Shown here one piece after another: positions 49,023 through 58,871 of a stretch of DNA of 64,000 nucleotides. Both the position numbers and the translations under genes were made by a program. Every line of letters begins with the position of its first letter. The first letter of the stretch is position 1. The stretch is from Candidatus Tayloriibacteriota bacterium (lineage in GTDB: Bacteria > Patescibacteriota > Minisyncoccia > Phycocordibacterales > PALSA-1337), in the NCBI GenBank assembly GCA_903857825.1, contig CAIOGI010000009.1, positions 7,203 through 71,202 on the forward strand, in the 5' to 3' direction. Under the pieces are notes generated by a model. It saw only the letters and a program-made list of their open reading frames with translations. It ran no database searches and had not been told where the DNA came from.

Positions 49023-49315
49023 AAGAAAGGAATTATATTAAAATCAGATGTAGATGCAAAATATCCTAACAAGAATACCGTCATTATAGTTAGCAGTAAA
49101 TTGGTTATGCCCCAAACATAATTTCTTTGTTTAAATGATTTTATACTAAAAATAATTGAAAAAATTATTAAAATTGGTAAAAATACAATAGAAAATAATA
49201 TAAGTAAAATAATTACGATTACATATATACTATTATGAACTAATATAAAACGAACAAATAAAGTAATACAAGACCAAATCACAAAAGAAACTAATGGTAT
49301 TTTAAAATTTGTCAT
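49019..49315 (-). CDS. small polytopic membrane protein
   Basis: 98 aa with three hydrophobic helices. Overlaps the gap start by 4 nt. Confidence 0.3.
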   Translation of the reverse strand: MTNFKIPLVSFVIWSCITLFVRFILVHNSIYVIVIILLILFSIVFLPILIIFSIIFSIKSFKQRNYVWGITNLLLTIMTVFLLGYFASTSDFNIIPFL

Positions 49316-49381
49316 AATAATTAATTATAAGTATACCACCATAATCACTTTTTACAAATATATAAGTCTATATACAATCAA

Positions 49382-50419
49382 TTATTGAGTCTCAACACCC
49401 TTACACATTTTTTTCACCAGTCCTGGTCCCACAAAGATTAATCCGCTGATAATCTGTATGAGGTCGGCACCTGCATCAAGTTTTTCTTGTGCGGTTTCAA
49501 CTGACATTACTCCACCACATCCAATAATAGTAAATCTTTTCCCATATAGTTCTTTTGTCTTTTTTATCAGTTCTGTTGATAATTTTTGACATGGTTTGCC
49601 ACTTAATCCTCCTCGGTATTCAATTGGCGCCTCATCACGATATTCCAAATCATCATAATTTTTATTTAAATTCCCTATTATTACTCCTTGTAAACCATGT
49701 TTATCTATTACATTTAATAATTTACTAAATTCATCCCAAGGCTTATTTATTGGCATCTTTATATATATCGGCTTTGAACAACTATTTTTTTTAATTTCTA
49801 TCAGAAGTCTTTCTAGTAGAACAGGGTCTGAGAATGACTCGCCTCCAAATGCATTTGGGCAAGAAATATTGATAGTATAGTAATCACCGACACTCTCTTC
49901 ATTTAATCTTTTAAATGAATAAACGTAATCGGCAATACCAGCTTCAACAGAAACTGACTTATCGTCATTTGTCCTTGCGATACTGACTCCAATGACAAAA
50001 TCAATATTTCTTTTGTATCTCTTAATTCTTTCAATTATTCTATCGACTCCTTCATTTTTCAGACCTTTATTTACAAGAATACTTTTAGATTTCTTTAGAC
50101 GAGTTAGTCTTGGTTTTTCATTTCCACCACATGGCCTAGCCGTAACTGAACCTATCTCCTCTCCACCAAGCCCTATGGAAGGTAGAATATTGGCCAGTCT
50201 TCCATTGTAGTCAAAACCAGCAGATAGAAGAAATGGCGTCCTGTACTTTATTCCATCAACAGTTTTTGATATATCTTTGCCTCTATAGTTATACATCAAA
50301 CCAATTTTCCATCTACCAATACATGTTTTTCCAGCAAATTCTCCAAATGACACAAAGAGATTGTGTACATTCTCAGGATTAAACATGAATAATATAGGTT
50401 TTAATACTTTTTCATACAT
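49382..50419 (-). CDS. pyrD: dihydroorotate dehydrogenase (quinone), class 2
   Basis: GLGGEEIGSVTARP, NISCPN, GGLSGKP, IIGCGGV; collinear with E. coli PyrD. Confidence 0.9.
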   Translation of the reverse strand: MYEKVLKPILFMFNPENVHNLFVSFGEFAGKTCIGRWKIGLMYNYRGKDISKTVDGIKYRTPFLLSAGFDYNGRLANILPSIGLGGEEIGSVTARPCGGNEKPRLTRLKKSKSILVNKGLKNEGVDRIIERIKRYKRNIDFVIGVSIARTNDDKSVSVEAGIADYVYSFKRLNEESVGDYYTINISCPNAFGGESFSDPVLLERLLIEIKKNSCSKPIYIKMPINKPWDEFSKLLNVIDKHGLQGVIIGNLNKNYDDLEYRDEAPIEYRGGLSGKPCQKLSTELIKKTKELYGKRFTIIGCGGVMSVETAQEKLDAGADLIQIISGLIFVGPGLVKKMCKGVETQ

Positions 50420-50440
50420 AATATTTATAGTATATAACTC

Positions 50441-50836
50441 TCATTCCGTTGTCTTTCCATCGAAATGTTCTTCAACAGCATCAGCTTTTGTCTTGTGTAC
50501 TGTTCCATCAATATGATTTGCCGGAGAGTAAACTGTATAAAGCTGAAGATTTATTGTTGTAGAAGTGTTAATTACATTATGTTCAGAACCTGCTGGCACA
50601 ATGACTACGTCGCCATTAGAAACTGAGTATTCAAATCCATTGATAATCACCTTCCCTGTCCCCAATTCAAAACGAAAAAACTGATCAACTGTGTCGTGAA
50701 CTTCCACCCCTATCTCTTCACCAGGTTTCAATGACATTAAAACGAGCTGACTGTGCTCACCAGTGTAAAGCACGCGACGAAAGTCTGTATTCTGCATTGT
50801 TAAGTCTTCAATATTTACGTGAAATCCTTTTTTCAT
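50441..50836 (-). CDS. cupin domain protein
   Basis: GEEIGVEVHDTVDQFF...GDVVIVPAGSEHNV, the cupin_2 motifs. Confidence 0.7.
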   Translation of the reverse strand: MKKGFHVNIEDLTMQNTDFRRVLYTGEHSQLVLMSLKPGEEIGVEVHDTVDQFFRFELGTGKVIINGFEYSVSNGDVVIVPAGSEHNVINTSTTINLQLYTVYSPANHIDGTVHKTKADAVEEHFDGKTTE

Positions 50837-50849
50837 ATTATTTTATTTA

Positions 50850-51551
50850 TTATTTTTTATAAAAATCCTTCTCTTTATTTGAGAAATGCTCTATAGCATA
50901 TGATAACATAATCCTTGGCATTTTTTTAGCATGTTTATCTAGGAATTTCATTTCTATAGGTCTAGAAATGCGTTTACCCACCTCACGCAACATCCAACCC
51001 GTGGCTTTGTATATTAAATCATGCTTATCACCTAGCAATATCTCGCAAATTTTGAAAGTATCCTCATATTGCCCTTCCTTTATAAATGCATGTGTTGAAA
51101 TAATAGAAATCCTCCTTTCCCACAAGTTCTTTGACTTTACCAATTTATACAAAATACCCCTATCTCTTTTCAGCAAATAATCACCAACGATATAACTTGC
51201 GGAGAGATCAACCAAATCCCAGTTATTTATAGATTTAGTATTTTTTAAGTAGAATTTATAGATTTTCTCTTTCAACTTTTCATCTTTAGTCTTTTCATAT
51301 TTCGCTACAAGTATTTCAAGGGCTGTAAGGCGATACTCATGTATTTTACTATCAAGCAATTCTTGAATAGTCTCAAAATCTGCATCTATAAACTGATGTG
51401 CAACTTTTCTTATTTTCGGCACTACAATTCCAATGAATATATCACCTTCTCCATATTCACCCTTACCAGTTTTAAAGTACCCTGAAAGAATCTTGGCTTT
51501 TTCTGGGTCTGCCACTGCCTGTAGCTCTTTTGATATTTGAGTGAAATTCAT
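50850..51551 (-). CDS. DNA alkylation repair protein (AlkD/AlkC HEAT-like repeat family)
   Basis: DPEKAKILSGYFKTGKGEYGEGDIFIGI, NNWDLVDLSA, WERRISIIST pattern. Confidence 0.7.
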   Translation of the reverse strand: MNFTQISKELQAVADPEKAKILSGYFKTGKGEYGEGDIFIGIVVPKIRKVAHQFIDADFETIQELLDSKIHEYRLTALEILVAKYEKTKDEKLKEKIYKFYLKNTKSINNWDLVDLSASYIVGDYLLKRDRGILYKLVKSKNLWERRISIISTHAFIKEGQYEDTFKICEILLGDKHDLIYKATGWMLREVGKRISRPIEMKFLDKHAKKMPRIMLSYAIEHFSNKEKDFYKK

Positions 51552-51865
51552 AGTTATGTATTATAGCAATATTTGACTGTGGATATCTAATTTGACACAC
51601 TGTGCTTAGTATTATACTATTATAAACATGAAAAATTGGAGAAATAACACGAATATGCATTGCAAGCCGCAGTCCCTTACTGTCGGATCAATTTTCGCGT
51701 ATGCCAGAACAGGCACACTTACGCTCAGTCGTGATATTTCTCATATACTTATGAACTAATCTATTCATTAAAATGTACTCTAGAAAAATCCCGACTGGAC
51801 GCAAGTTGGGATTTTTTCTAATTCCACGTCCAGGGTAGTTAATACGGTTCATCGAAAACAAAACA

Positions 51866-53059
51866 ATGAAGACGAAAATCATTAGACAGTACTATGTCCT
51901 GTCCTGTTTATTCAGTGCAGGTGGTCTATCATTCATCAGTGCGGTATATGTTACCTATCTGATGAAGCACGGTCTCGACTTGTTCGAGGTAAACATCGTA
52001 AATGCAATGTACTTCCTCACCTTGTTCCTCTGTGAAATACCAACTGGAGCATTTGCCGATATTTTCGGCAGGAAGACATCGTTCGTAATGGCTTGTGCAT
52101 TGATGGGTATCAGCATGTTCGTCTACGGGCTTTCAGATAGCATGGCTGGCTTTATCATCGCAGAGATGATCGGCGCAGTAGGTATGACATTTAAAAGTGG
52201 TGCTTTCAAAGCATGGCTTGTTGATAGCCTTAAACATCACGGTGATCATGGTCCATATACGAAAGTGTTCGCACGTGAAAATCTTATTTGTCAAATCGTT
52301 GGAGGGTTCGGTGCGGTACTTGGTTCATACCTTGCAGTAAAAAATCCTTCATTGCCGTGGATTGCCGGTGGCATTTCCCTGCTCATCACCACGGCCATTG
52401 CCATACTCACAATGAAAGAAGAATACTTCAAGAGAAGCACTCTGTCATTCGCCAAAGGTCTCAAGTCTATGCGAGACATTGCAGCTTCGAGTATTCGCTA
52501 TGGTAAGGAGCACTCGGCAGTACGCTTCATCCTGATGATCACAGCTATTCAGATCTTTGCTATTCAAGCACTTAACATGTATTGGCAGCCGTTCTTCAAC
52601 AAAAGAGGAGTCGCTGAAAAGAATTATGGTTACTTGTTTGTTGGTATCTTGATTTGCACAGCCTTCGGAGCATATGTCATCTCAAAAATGAATACAAAAA
52701 ACAATGAAAGAAAGATTATCATTAAATCCTATATCATTGTCGGCATCTTGATCATTGCGATGGCACTTTCACCAGGATTGTCTCTTCCCGTCATGTTCTT
52801 CCTTTTGCACGAGATTGTTCGTGGTACGTGGAATCCGATGATTGATAGTTACTTGCAAGTTCGTATCCCATCTGATGAGCGCGCAACGATTTCTTCGTTC
52901 TGTGCCATCGCCCCGCATATCGGTGGGGCTATCGGTCTCGTTGTGAGTGGAATCATTGCCAAATTCTTTGGCCCAGAGACAGCGTGGGTTGTCTCCGGAG
53001 TTTCGTTTGTTCTTGCGTCTGTGCTTGTTGCTAGAAATGGCAAAGGTAAATCAGATTGA
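51866..53059 (+). CDS. MFS transporter
   Basis: 12 TM helices. The loop between TM2 and TM3 is GAFADIFGRK. Confidence 0.8.
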   Translation: MKTKIIRQYYVLSCLFSAGGLSFISAVYVTYLMKHGLDLFEVNIVNAMYFLTLFLCEIPTGAFADIFGRKTSFVMACALMGISMFVYGLSDSMAGFIIAEMIGAVGMTFKSGAFKAWLVDSLKHHGDHGPYTKVFARENLICQIVGGFGAVLGSYLAVKNPSLPWIAGGISLLITTAIAILTMKEEYFKRSTLSFAKGLKSMRDIAASSIRYGKEHSAVRFILMITAIQIFAIQALNMYWQPFFNKRGVAEKNYGYLFVGILICTAFGAYVISKMNTKNNERKIIIKSYIIVGILIIAMALSPGLSLPVMFFLLHEIVRGTWNPMIDSYLQVRIPSDERATISSFCAIAPHIGGAIGLVVSGIIAKFFGPETAWVVSGVSFVLASVLVARNGKGKSD

Positions 53060-53080
53060 CGGTTTGAATTGAATAACTAC

Positions 53081-53119
53081 AGCGGCTGGGCCCTTCAAGG
53101 TCCCAGCCGCTTTTTTTAT
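53081..53119 (+). terminator. rho-independent terminator of the MFS gene
   Basis: AGCGGCTGGG-cccttcaaggt-CCCAGCCGCT followed by TTTTTTTA. Confidence 0.7.
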
Positions 53120-53190
53120 TCTGATGTATTTACTTGCTTGACCGCCCAATAGTACATATTATTGTATAAATTTTCTGCTATAATATATAT

Positions 53191-53859
53191 ATGAAAGGTT
53201 TCTTTCACAAACTACCAAAAAATATTATTCGTATTTTTTCTCTACACAAACTTATTTATCATTTAGTTGCAATTGCCTCTACCTACATACTAGTTGTCTC
53301 TGGCTTTGATTGGTTTTGGTTTACTACTATGAATGACAAAACTATTCATGATATTCTTTTCCCATCAATTATAATAGGTGCAGTAGTTCCAATTTTAATT
53401 CCTCTCGGCTTACTACTAATTGGTAAAATTAGAAAGAGTAAAAGTATATGGGAAGGTAAAAAAATTATGAATACTGCATGGGCGATTGGACAAGCGGCTT
53501 TGCTTGGCTCGATTATCTCTTCTTTATATAAAGCATTCACAGGAAGGATTCAACCTGATCTATCGAATTTTGTTACAGACATAAGTAACAATTTCCAATT
53601 CGGTTTTTGGAATCATGGTATATTTTGGGGATGGCCATCTTCACACACTACAATAGCATTTGCAATGGCTGTCACACTTATAATCCTCTACCCACGAAAT
53701 AAAATAATTAAATATCTAGCATTATTATATGCCCTGTATATCGGTGTAGGTGTATCTATAGACATACATTGGTTTTCTGAATTCATCGCCGGAGCAATAA
53801 TTGGATCAGTCATAGGAGTAGTTGTTGGAAAGTCTTTTAAGGAAAAATTGAATAATTAA
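53191..53859 (+). CDS. polytopic membrane protein, PAP2-like
   Basis: PSSHT and IDIHWFSE partially match the PAP2 SxH and H motifs. Confidence 0.35.
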   Translation: MKGFFHKLPKNIIRIFSLHKLIYHLVAIASTYILVVSGFDWFWFTTMNDKTIHDILFPSIIIGAVVPILIPLGLLLIGKIRKSKSIWEGKKIMNTAWAIGQAALLGSIISSLYKAFTGRIQPDLSNFVTDISNNFQFGFWNHGIFWGWPSSHTTIAFAMAVTLIILYPRNKIIKYLALLYALYIGVGVSIDIHWFSEFIAGAIIGSVIGVVVGKSFKEKLNN

Positions 53860-53862
53860 TTA

Positions 53863-54648
53863 TCAATCGATTCCCTTAGCTCTAGAATATAGAGTCGCGG
53901 TTGTTGCTTCATCTTGCTTACTTTCCATAAAAATCTTGGCATTGGGACAAAACCTAGTTGCCAAACTTAAAGCAGTTTCTTGTTTTTTTATAAAACTTGG
54001 ACTTTCTCCTGAGGGAACATACATATGAATAACTTTTATATAATCTCTAAATTTCATAAACCATGGTTCTAGCACCATTCCGTATTTATCACCTTCATAA
54101 CCATGTAAAGCATGATTAATATCCAAGGTAATACCAATAGACTTTTTCACTGTCGACTGCTCAAGACCAAGAGCTAACATTAGTTTTTCCATCTCAGTGA
54201 TTAATAACATAAGTTCTTCCGGATTCTGTCCCCAAGCACCTTCCTCACCCTTGGTTGGCATATTTTCAATCGCGACAGTAAGAGTTTTACCACCAATAAT
54301 CGCCTTTTGAATTGATCCGACATATAAGGCAAGATAATTAATTATAATTGCCTTTCCGACCGACTCTTCAAGTCCAGAAAACATTTTAGTATTGATATGT
54401 GGTGGATGTACAGTACAAAGACTTCCATCAATTTCTTGCAGAATACTTAATTCTCGAAGTAATCGCTCAGCATTCTTCATCGCCAAACTTGATTCATCAA
54501 TTTCGGATGTACTTCCATGTATCAAAATTATCATGTCAGGATTTCTTTTGTGAAATTCGACTAGCTCGCCAAGGGCCGCATCAATCTCCTCAACTCCTCT
54601 ATTCCTAAAATCAAATTGTACGCTTTTTAGACCCATTCTCTCTGCCAA
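53863..54648 (-). CDS. xylose-isomerase-like TIM-barrel (sugar-phosphate isomerase/endonuclease IV fold) protein
   Basis: LTVAIENMP and ITLDINHALHGYEGD, the metal-site pattern of this fold. Confidence 0.45.
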   Translation of the reverse strand: MAERMGLKSVQFDFRNRGVEEIDAALGELVEFHKRNPDMIILIHGSTSEIDESSLAMKNAERLLRELSILQEIDGSLCTVHPPHINTKMFSGLEESVGKAIIINYLALYVGSIQKAIIGGKTLTVAIENMPTKGEEGAWGQNPEELMLLITEMEKLMLALGLEQSTVKKSIGITLDINHALHGYEGDKYGMVLEPWFMKFRDYIKVIHMYVPSGESPSFIKKQETALSLATRFCPNAKIFMESKQDEATTATLYSRAKGID

Positions 54649-54654
54649 TATTAT

Positions 54655-55098
54655 CTACTCACTTAATGGGCGAGTAGCACCTTCTTTATTTTTTGTGCAT
54701 AAAGTCACACCAAGACCTTCTACCAAGCTCTTTCTTTTTCTCATTTGAATTTCTAGAGCATCTTGCATATATTCCCATTCTCCACTCTCATCATTGAATT
54801 CAGCAATATTATGACCACTCACAGGAAAATCGTCTTCATAAAAAGTTACTAATACTATACTAGTCTTAGCCTTATCCCCACCTGGGTCATCTCCTTTCCT
54901 TTGAAAACGATATTCGCAATATTCTCCAGACTTTTCTCCATTAACCCTAACTTCATATATGCGTAATCCTCTCTCGTCAACAACTTCACGAGTAAATTCA
55001 GGAACAACTTCAGCGTCATTTGTCCAGTCAGAAATTATATTGACGACTTTTTCTTTTGTGGGTACTCTCTCATTTGATTGTTCAATTGGGTTCTCCAT
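54655..55098 (-). CDS. hypothetical protein
   Basis: 147-aa ORF. Confidence 0.3.
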   Translation of the reverse strand: MENPIEQSNERVPTKEKVVNIISDWTNDAEVVPEFTREVVDERGLRIYEVRVNGEKSGEYCEYRFQRKGDDPGGDKAKTSIVLVTFYEDDFPVSGHNIAEFNDESGEWEYMQDALEIQMRKRKSLVEGLGVTLCTKNKEGATRPLSE

Positions 55099-55103
55099 TT
55101 TTA

Positions 55104-55691
55104 TTATTTTAAGTTCAATATTAACTCCTTTGCCCTTTGATAGTCTTCTCTTATTTCATCTCTAATTTCATCAAAGAATATCTTATTATTTAAGTCTCTT
55201 TCTATCTTTGCCAATGCCCAAGATCGAACCTGCTCTACAGGTTCATCTTTCGTCTTCATTTCAAGTGAAAAATCGTAAAAACTACTCTGAAGGTGCGCCC
55301 TTGCATCTGCGCTTGCCATAATCTTCCCTTCGACAGTCTTTGGTAAATTACCGTTTTTGCATCCATGATATTCAATGGCATCATCAATTACTATTTTCGA
55401 TTCTTCATCACTGTATCCACACATCAACAGAAACTCTCTAGCAATTTCCTTACTTTTATTTTCATGTTCTGGATTTTCTCTGGCCATAACGGAATCGGCA
55501 ATATCGTGTAGCATTGCAGCTGCAATAGCTAAATCATTTTTTACTCCAAGTCTAATTGACAGTTCATCAGCGAACTTTGCTACAAGAAATACGTGGTTAG
55601 CAGACAGCCAATCAGCCCACTCCTCTCTTGTACTCTCCTTCCTATCGTAAATTTCATGAACCATTTTTTCTAATTTTTGAGTTCTGTTCAT
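55104..55691 (-). CDS. HD-domain phosphohydrolase
   Basis: AAMLHDIADS (H..HD motif). Confidence 0.65.
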   Translation of the reverse strand: MNRTQKLEKMVHEIYDRKESTREEWADWLSANHVFLVAKFADELSIRLGVKNDLAIAAAMLHDIADSVMARENPEHENKSKEIAREFLLMCGYSDEESKIVIDDAIEYHGCKNGNLPKTVEGKIMASADARAHLQSSFYDFSLEMKTKDEPVEQVRSWALAKIERDLNNKIFFDEIRDEIREDYQRAKELILNLK

Positions 55692-55716
55692 AAAGATAGT
55701 ATATCACTCTGAATAA

Positions 55717-56325
55717 TCAAATCCACCCGATTTTCTCTAATTCTCCCTTAATTTTCTCAAAGTATTTCCTATGACCCTCAGCATTTGGATGTATACCATC
55801 ATCTAAATCTGCAATATCTAGTAAACCGAAGACATCTATAAATGTAATCATGTTTTTATCACAAACAGCTTTCATGATTGTATTATATTTTACAATATTC
55901 TCATTGGTAAAAAACACATTTGCCCACGCAATAGGCATAGTTCTTGACTCATCACAGTTTTCTGCACCGATAAATATTATTTTATCCATTATCTTTCTAG
56001 CCTTGTCAATAATTTCTTGTATATTTTTCTCAAATTTTTCTACAGAAATCCATTGATTATGTGAGGCATCCTTATATGAACAATCATTAGCACCTGATTG
56101 AAAGATCAGTGCATCTGCCTTTCTAATTTTTGCTTCAGATTCAAAGCGAGCTAGTATTGTATCAGTGGTAGCTCCAGAGATACTTAGATTGTGAAGTTCT
56201 ACATAATCCTCATCTCTATTTCCAATGTATAACCAAAGACGATTTGGCCATCCACCTTTTTCATGATCCCATGCACCCCACGAAGTACTATCTCCAAATA
56301 TGCAAATTGATTCTGGTTTTTTCAT
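55717..56325 (-). CDS. SGNH/GDSL hydrolase
   Basis: ICIFGDSTSWG (block I) and DGIHPN (block V). Confidence 0.75.
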   Translation of the reverse strand: MKKPESICIFGDSTSWGAWDHEKGGWPNRLWLYIGNRDEDYVELHNLSISGATTDTILARFESEAKIRKADALIFQSGANDCSYKDASHNQWISVEKFEKNIQEIIDKARKIMDKIIFIGAENCDESRTMPIAWANVFFTNENIVKYNTIMKAVCDKNMITFIDVFGLLDIADLDDGIHPNAEGHRKYFEKIKGELEKIGWI

Positions 56326-56334
56326 ATACGTATA

Positions 56335-56868
56335 TTATACCAAATACCCCCTCAATTTCTTCAATGCTTTGTTTCTCATTGATATTGGCACATGTTCTTC
56401 ATTTGTCATTTCTGCATATGTTTTACTATATCCGTCTGGAATAAACACCGAAGACCAACCGAAACTATTATCACCTTTCGGAGACATGGCCACCGTCCCC
56501 TCCATTGATCCGCTAAATAGCTTTATTTCTTTTCCATCATGTAATCCATAGCAAACAGTAGCTACACATTTACGATCTTTACGATGCAATAGATTACAGA
56601 GGCCTTCATTTCCAAGCTCTTTCAAAAACCATTTTATAAGTGGTCCTGGCAACTTATTGTACGCATGAAAAACAAAAGATACATCTTCAACGATTACAGG
56701 TTTTTTTATGATTTCGTAAGCCCTCGTTACTTTATCCTTAACAATTTCCTCTAAATCAAGAGATTGAATTTCATCCAAATCAAGCTTTTCATGATCAATC
56801 GGTATGCCTAGATATCTAGACATTTCCTCTGCCTTTCCTGCATTACCCGTTATAAAAGTGAGCTTCAT
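56335..56868 (-). CDS. non-canonical purine NTP pyrophosphatase (Ham1/RdgB)
   Basis: FITGNAGKAEE, FGWSSVFIPDGYSKTYAEM, ISMRNKA. Confidence 0.85.
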   Translation of the reverse strand: MKLTFITGNAGKAEEMSRYLGIPIDHEKLDLDEIQSLDLEEIVKDKVTRAYEIIKKPVIVEDVSFVFHAYNKLPGPLIKWFLKELGNEGLCNLLHRKDRKCVATVCYGLHDGKEIKLFSGSMEGTVAMSPKGDNSFGWSSVFIPDGYSKTYAEMTNEEHVPISMRNKALKKLRGYLV

Positions 56869-56872
56869 AAAA

Positions 56873-57421
56873 TTAAACCGTTTTAAACACCCTCTTCAAC
56901 TCAAACTTCGGATTCTCCATAACCTTCGTATAGAACCAAGGTGCAAGTATCGAGGCAAAAGCAATATTTCCAACTAAATGTCTTAGGGTAAATGGTATCT
57001 GGCCAACAATAGCTTGCATCCAAGGCTGTCCGTACAATAATGGCCCCATAAGTACACCAGTTATCAAATCAAAAAATAATGTTCCCACAATACTCATCAC
57101 CACAAAGTTCCTTGCTGTTGCACTTTTATTCTTCAAGAAGTACCCAGCAGCTATTCCAACAATTCCATATGTTATAGAAGTAATTAGTGTCCACAAACCA
57201 ACCTTCCCCATAATAATATCGAGCAAGGCAATACTTAGTGCGCCATATAAACCACCGACTAGAGGACCATAAGCCTTGGATCCTGCCAGTTCCGTAGCCA
57301 TCAAAGGTGATACATTCCACAAGCCAAAAAAGGGCGATAACAGTCTAAAAATCAAGGTTCCTATAAAGCCAAGTGTATATTTTGGAATTCCAAGCAAAGG
57401 TTTTGATATTTGATTATTCAT
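56873..57421 (-). CDS. ECF-transporter S-component-like membrane protein
   Basis: Five or six TM helices with Gly-rich helix packing. Confidence 0.35.
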   Translation of the reverse strand: MNNQISKPLLGIPKYTLGFIGTLIFRLLSPFFGLWNVSPLMATELAGSKAYGPLVGGLYGALSIALLDIIMGKVGLWTLITSITYGIVGIAAGYFLKNKSATARNFVVMSIVGTLFFDLITGVLMGPLLYGQPWMQAIVGQIPFTLRHLVGNIAFASILAPWFYTKVMENPKFELKRVFKTV

Positions 57422-57529
57422 GTCCCGTATTATACCTCAACTCGTAATTCAAGAATAGGAAGACGTAAAAAAACAAAACCATCAATATTTTTTGATGGTT
57501 TTATTTTGACCCTCACTATGACTCCCGCC

Positions 57530-58039
57530 TTAGTGTATCATCTCCATACCCATGTTCTGCTGCAATATCTCTGGCTGTTTCCAACCGAGTATTGAAGGGT
57601 TCAACATGCCGAATATCATGGCAATATGAGCAACGATTAGAAACACAGCAACAAATATTGCATGTGTCTTTAGTTTTTCCTCAGGACTCTTACCTTTCTT
57701 GATAAGACCAAACTCCAATAGTGCCAAACCAGCCAAAGGAATGACCCCTGCAAGATAGAATCCGACTGCGATTATGTCTCCTATCCCCCTCCACTCTCCT
57801 CCTAACGTTAATGGAATAACGGCATTGATAAATAGATATATGAATACACCGACGAAATATACACCAACCATCATACCTGCGATTGAATTCACTTTTTTCC
57901 ACCAATTAGAGAATTTTCTAGTAAACAAAAGATAAAGCTCTGTAACGGCTATTGTCTCGGCAAGAATAACTGGTATCGCCATGAATAATATTAGATTCCA
58001 AGGCTGATTATCAGCCAAGAGCTGCATATAATGTGTCAT
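57530..58039 (-). CDS. polytopic membrane protein
   Basis: 169 aa with four or five TM helices. Confidence 0.4.
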   Translation of the reverse strand: MTHYMQLLADNQPWNLILFMAIPVILAETIAVTELYLLFTRKFSNWWKKVNSIAGMMVGVYFVGVFIYLFINAVIPLTLGGEWRGIGDIIAVGFYLAGVIPLAGLALLEFGLIKKGKSPEEKLKTHAIFVAVFLIVAHIAMIFGMLNPSILGWKQPEILQQNMGMEMIH

Positions 58040-58076
58040 TTTTTAATTAATTAGAATTAGTAATAGAAGCAAAAAA

Positions 58077-58448
58077 CTAATTCGTAGGAGGTGATCGTAA
58101 ATTTATTGCTTGCCATTTCAATTCCCCACGTTTGAGTACAAAGTAACTAAAAAAGGTTTCTGCATTAAGTAGACCACTTCTAAGAACTTTTAAATTAGAA
58201 AAGTATAAAACCAATAAAAGCAATATTGAAGTCGCGAAAAGTACAATAGATATAATGGTGGCGAGAGAAAGTGAACCAGCATGATCAATGTGTGAATTTG
58301 CTGAGATAGGAACATTATGAGTATGACCAGCGTGACCAGTGTGAGCTGTTGGCAAACTGATATGTGAACATAGGATAAAAGACAGGCTAAGTGAGAGAAT
58401 TATTATTGCGGAAAAAGTATTATTAAATCTAAAATTCCTAATGTTCAT
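58077..58448 (-). CDS. membrane protein with His-rich periplasmic segment
   Basis: HTGHAGHTHNVPISANSHIDHAGS lies between two TM helices. Confidence 0.35.
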   Translation of the reverse strand: MNIRNFRFNNTFSAIIILSLSLSFILCSHISLPTAHTGHAGHTHNVPISANSHIDHAGSLSLATIISIVLFATSILLLLVLYFSNLKVLRSGLLNAETFFSYFVLKRGELKWQAINLRSPPTN

Positions 58449-58487
58449 ATTCAGATTTTATCACAAACAATCATTCCTACCAATCAC

Positions 58488-58871
58488 CTATATAATATAA
58501 TGCCCAAAAACTAGAATACCAATAACAACAGCTACTGTGGCTGAAATAAGAACAGCACCCGCAGCAACGTCCTTTGTATCACGAGCATATGGATGATATG
58601 AGGGTGAAGTAAGGTCTATATCTATTTCAATAGCAGTATTAAATGCCTCAGAAACGAAAACAAAGCCAACTGCAAATACCAACATCATCCATTCAAATTT
58701 TGTAATATTAAAATATATACCAAGAACAATTACCAATACTAAAGCCATTAAGTGTATCCATGCATTATGAGTAGTTTTTATAAAAATCCAAACTCCTCTT
58801 CCTGCATGCACGAAGCTCTTTGCCCTTTTTATAATTGAAAACTTTTTACTAATATCTGTAGTGTTTGTCAT
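58488..58871 (-). CDS. dgkA: diacylglycerol kinase (prokaryotic DgkA family)
   Basis: AFNTAIE...ARDTKDVAAGAVL and three TM helices. Confidence 0.7.
   Translation of the reverse strand: MTNTTDISKKFSIIKRAKSFVHAGRGVWIFIKTTHNAWIHLMALVLVIVLGIYFNITKFEWMMLVFAVGFVFVSEAFNTAIEIDIDLTSPSYHPYARDTKDVAAGAVLISATVAVVIGILVFGHYII

Noticed and set aside
51472-51882. Minus-strand ORFs 51472-51660 and 51688-51882
   Set aside because: Short, unprotein-like, and in the divergent promoter/leader region between the alkD-like and MFS genes.
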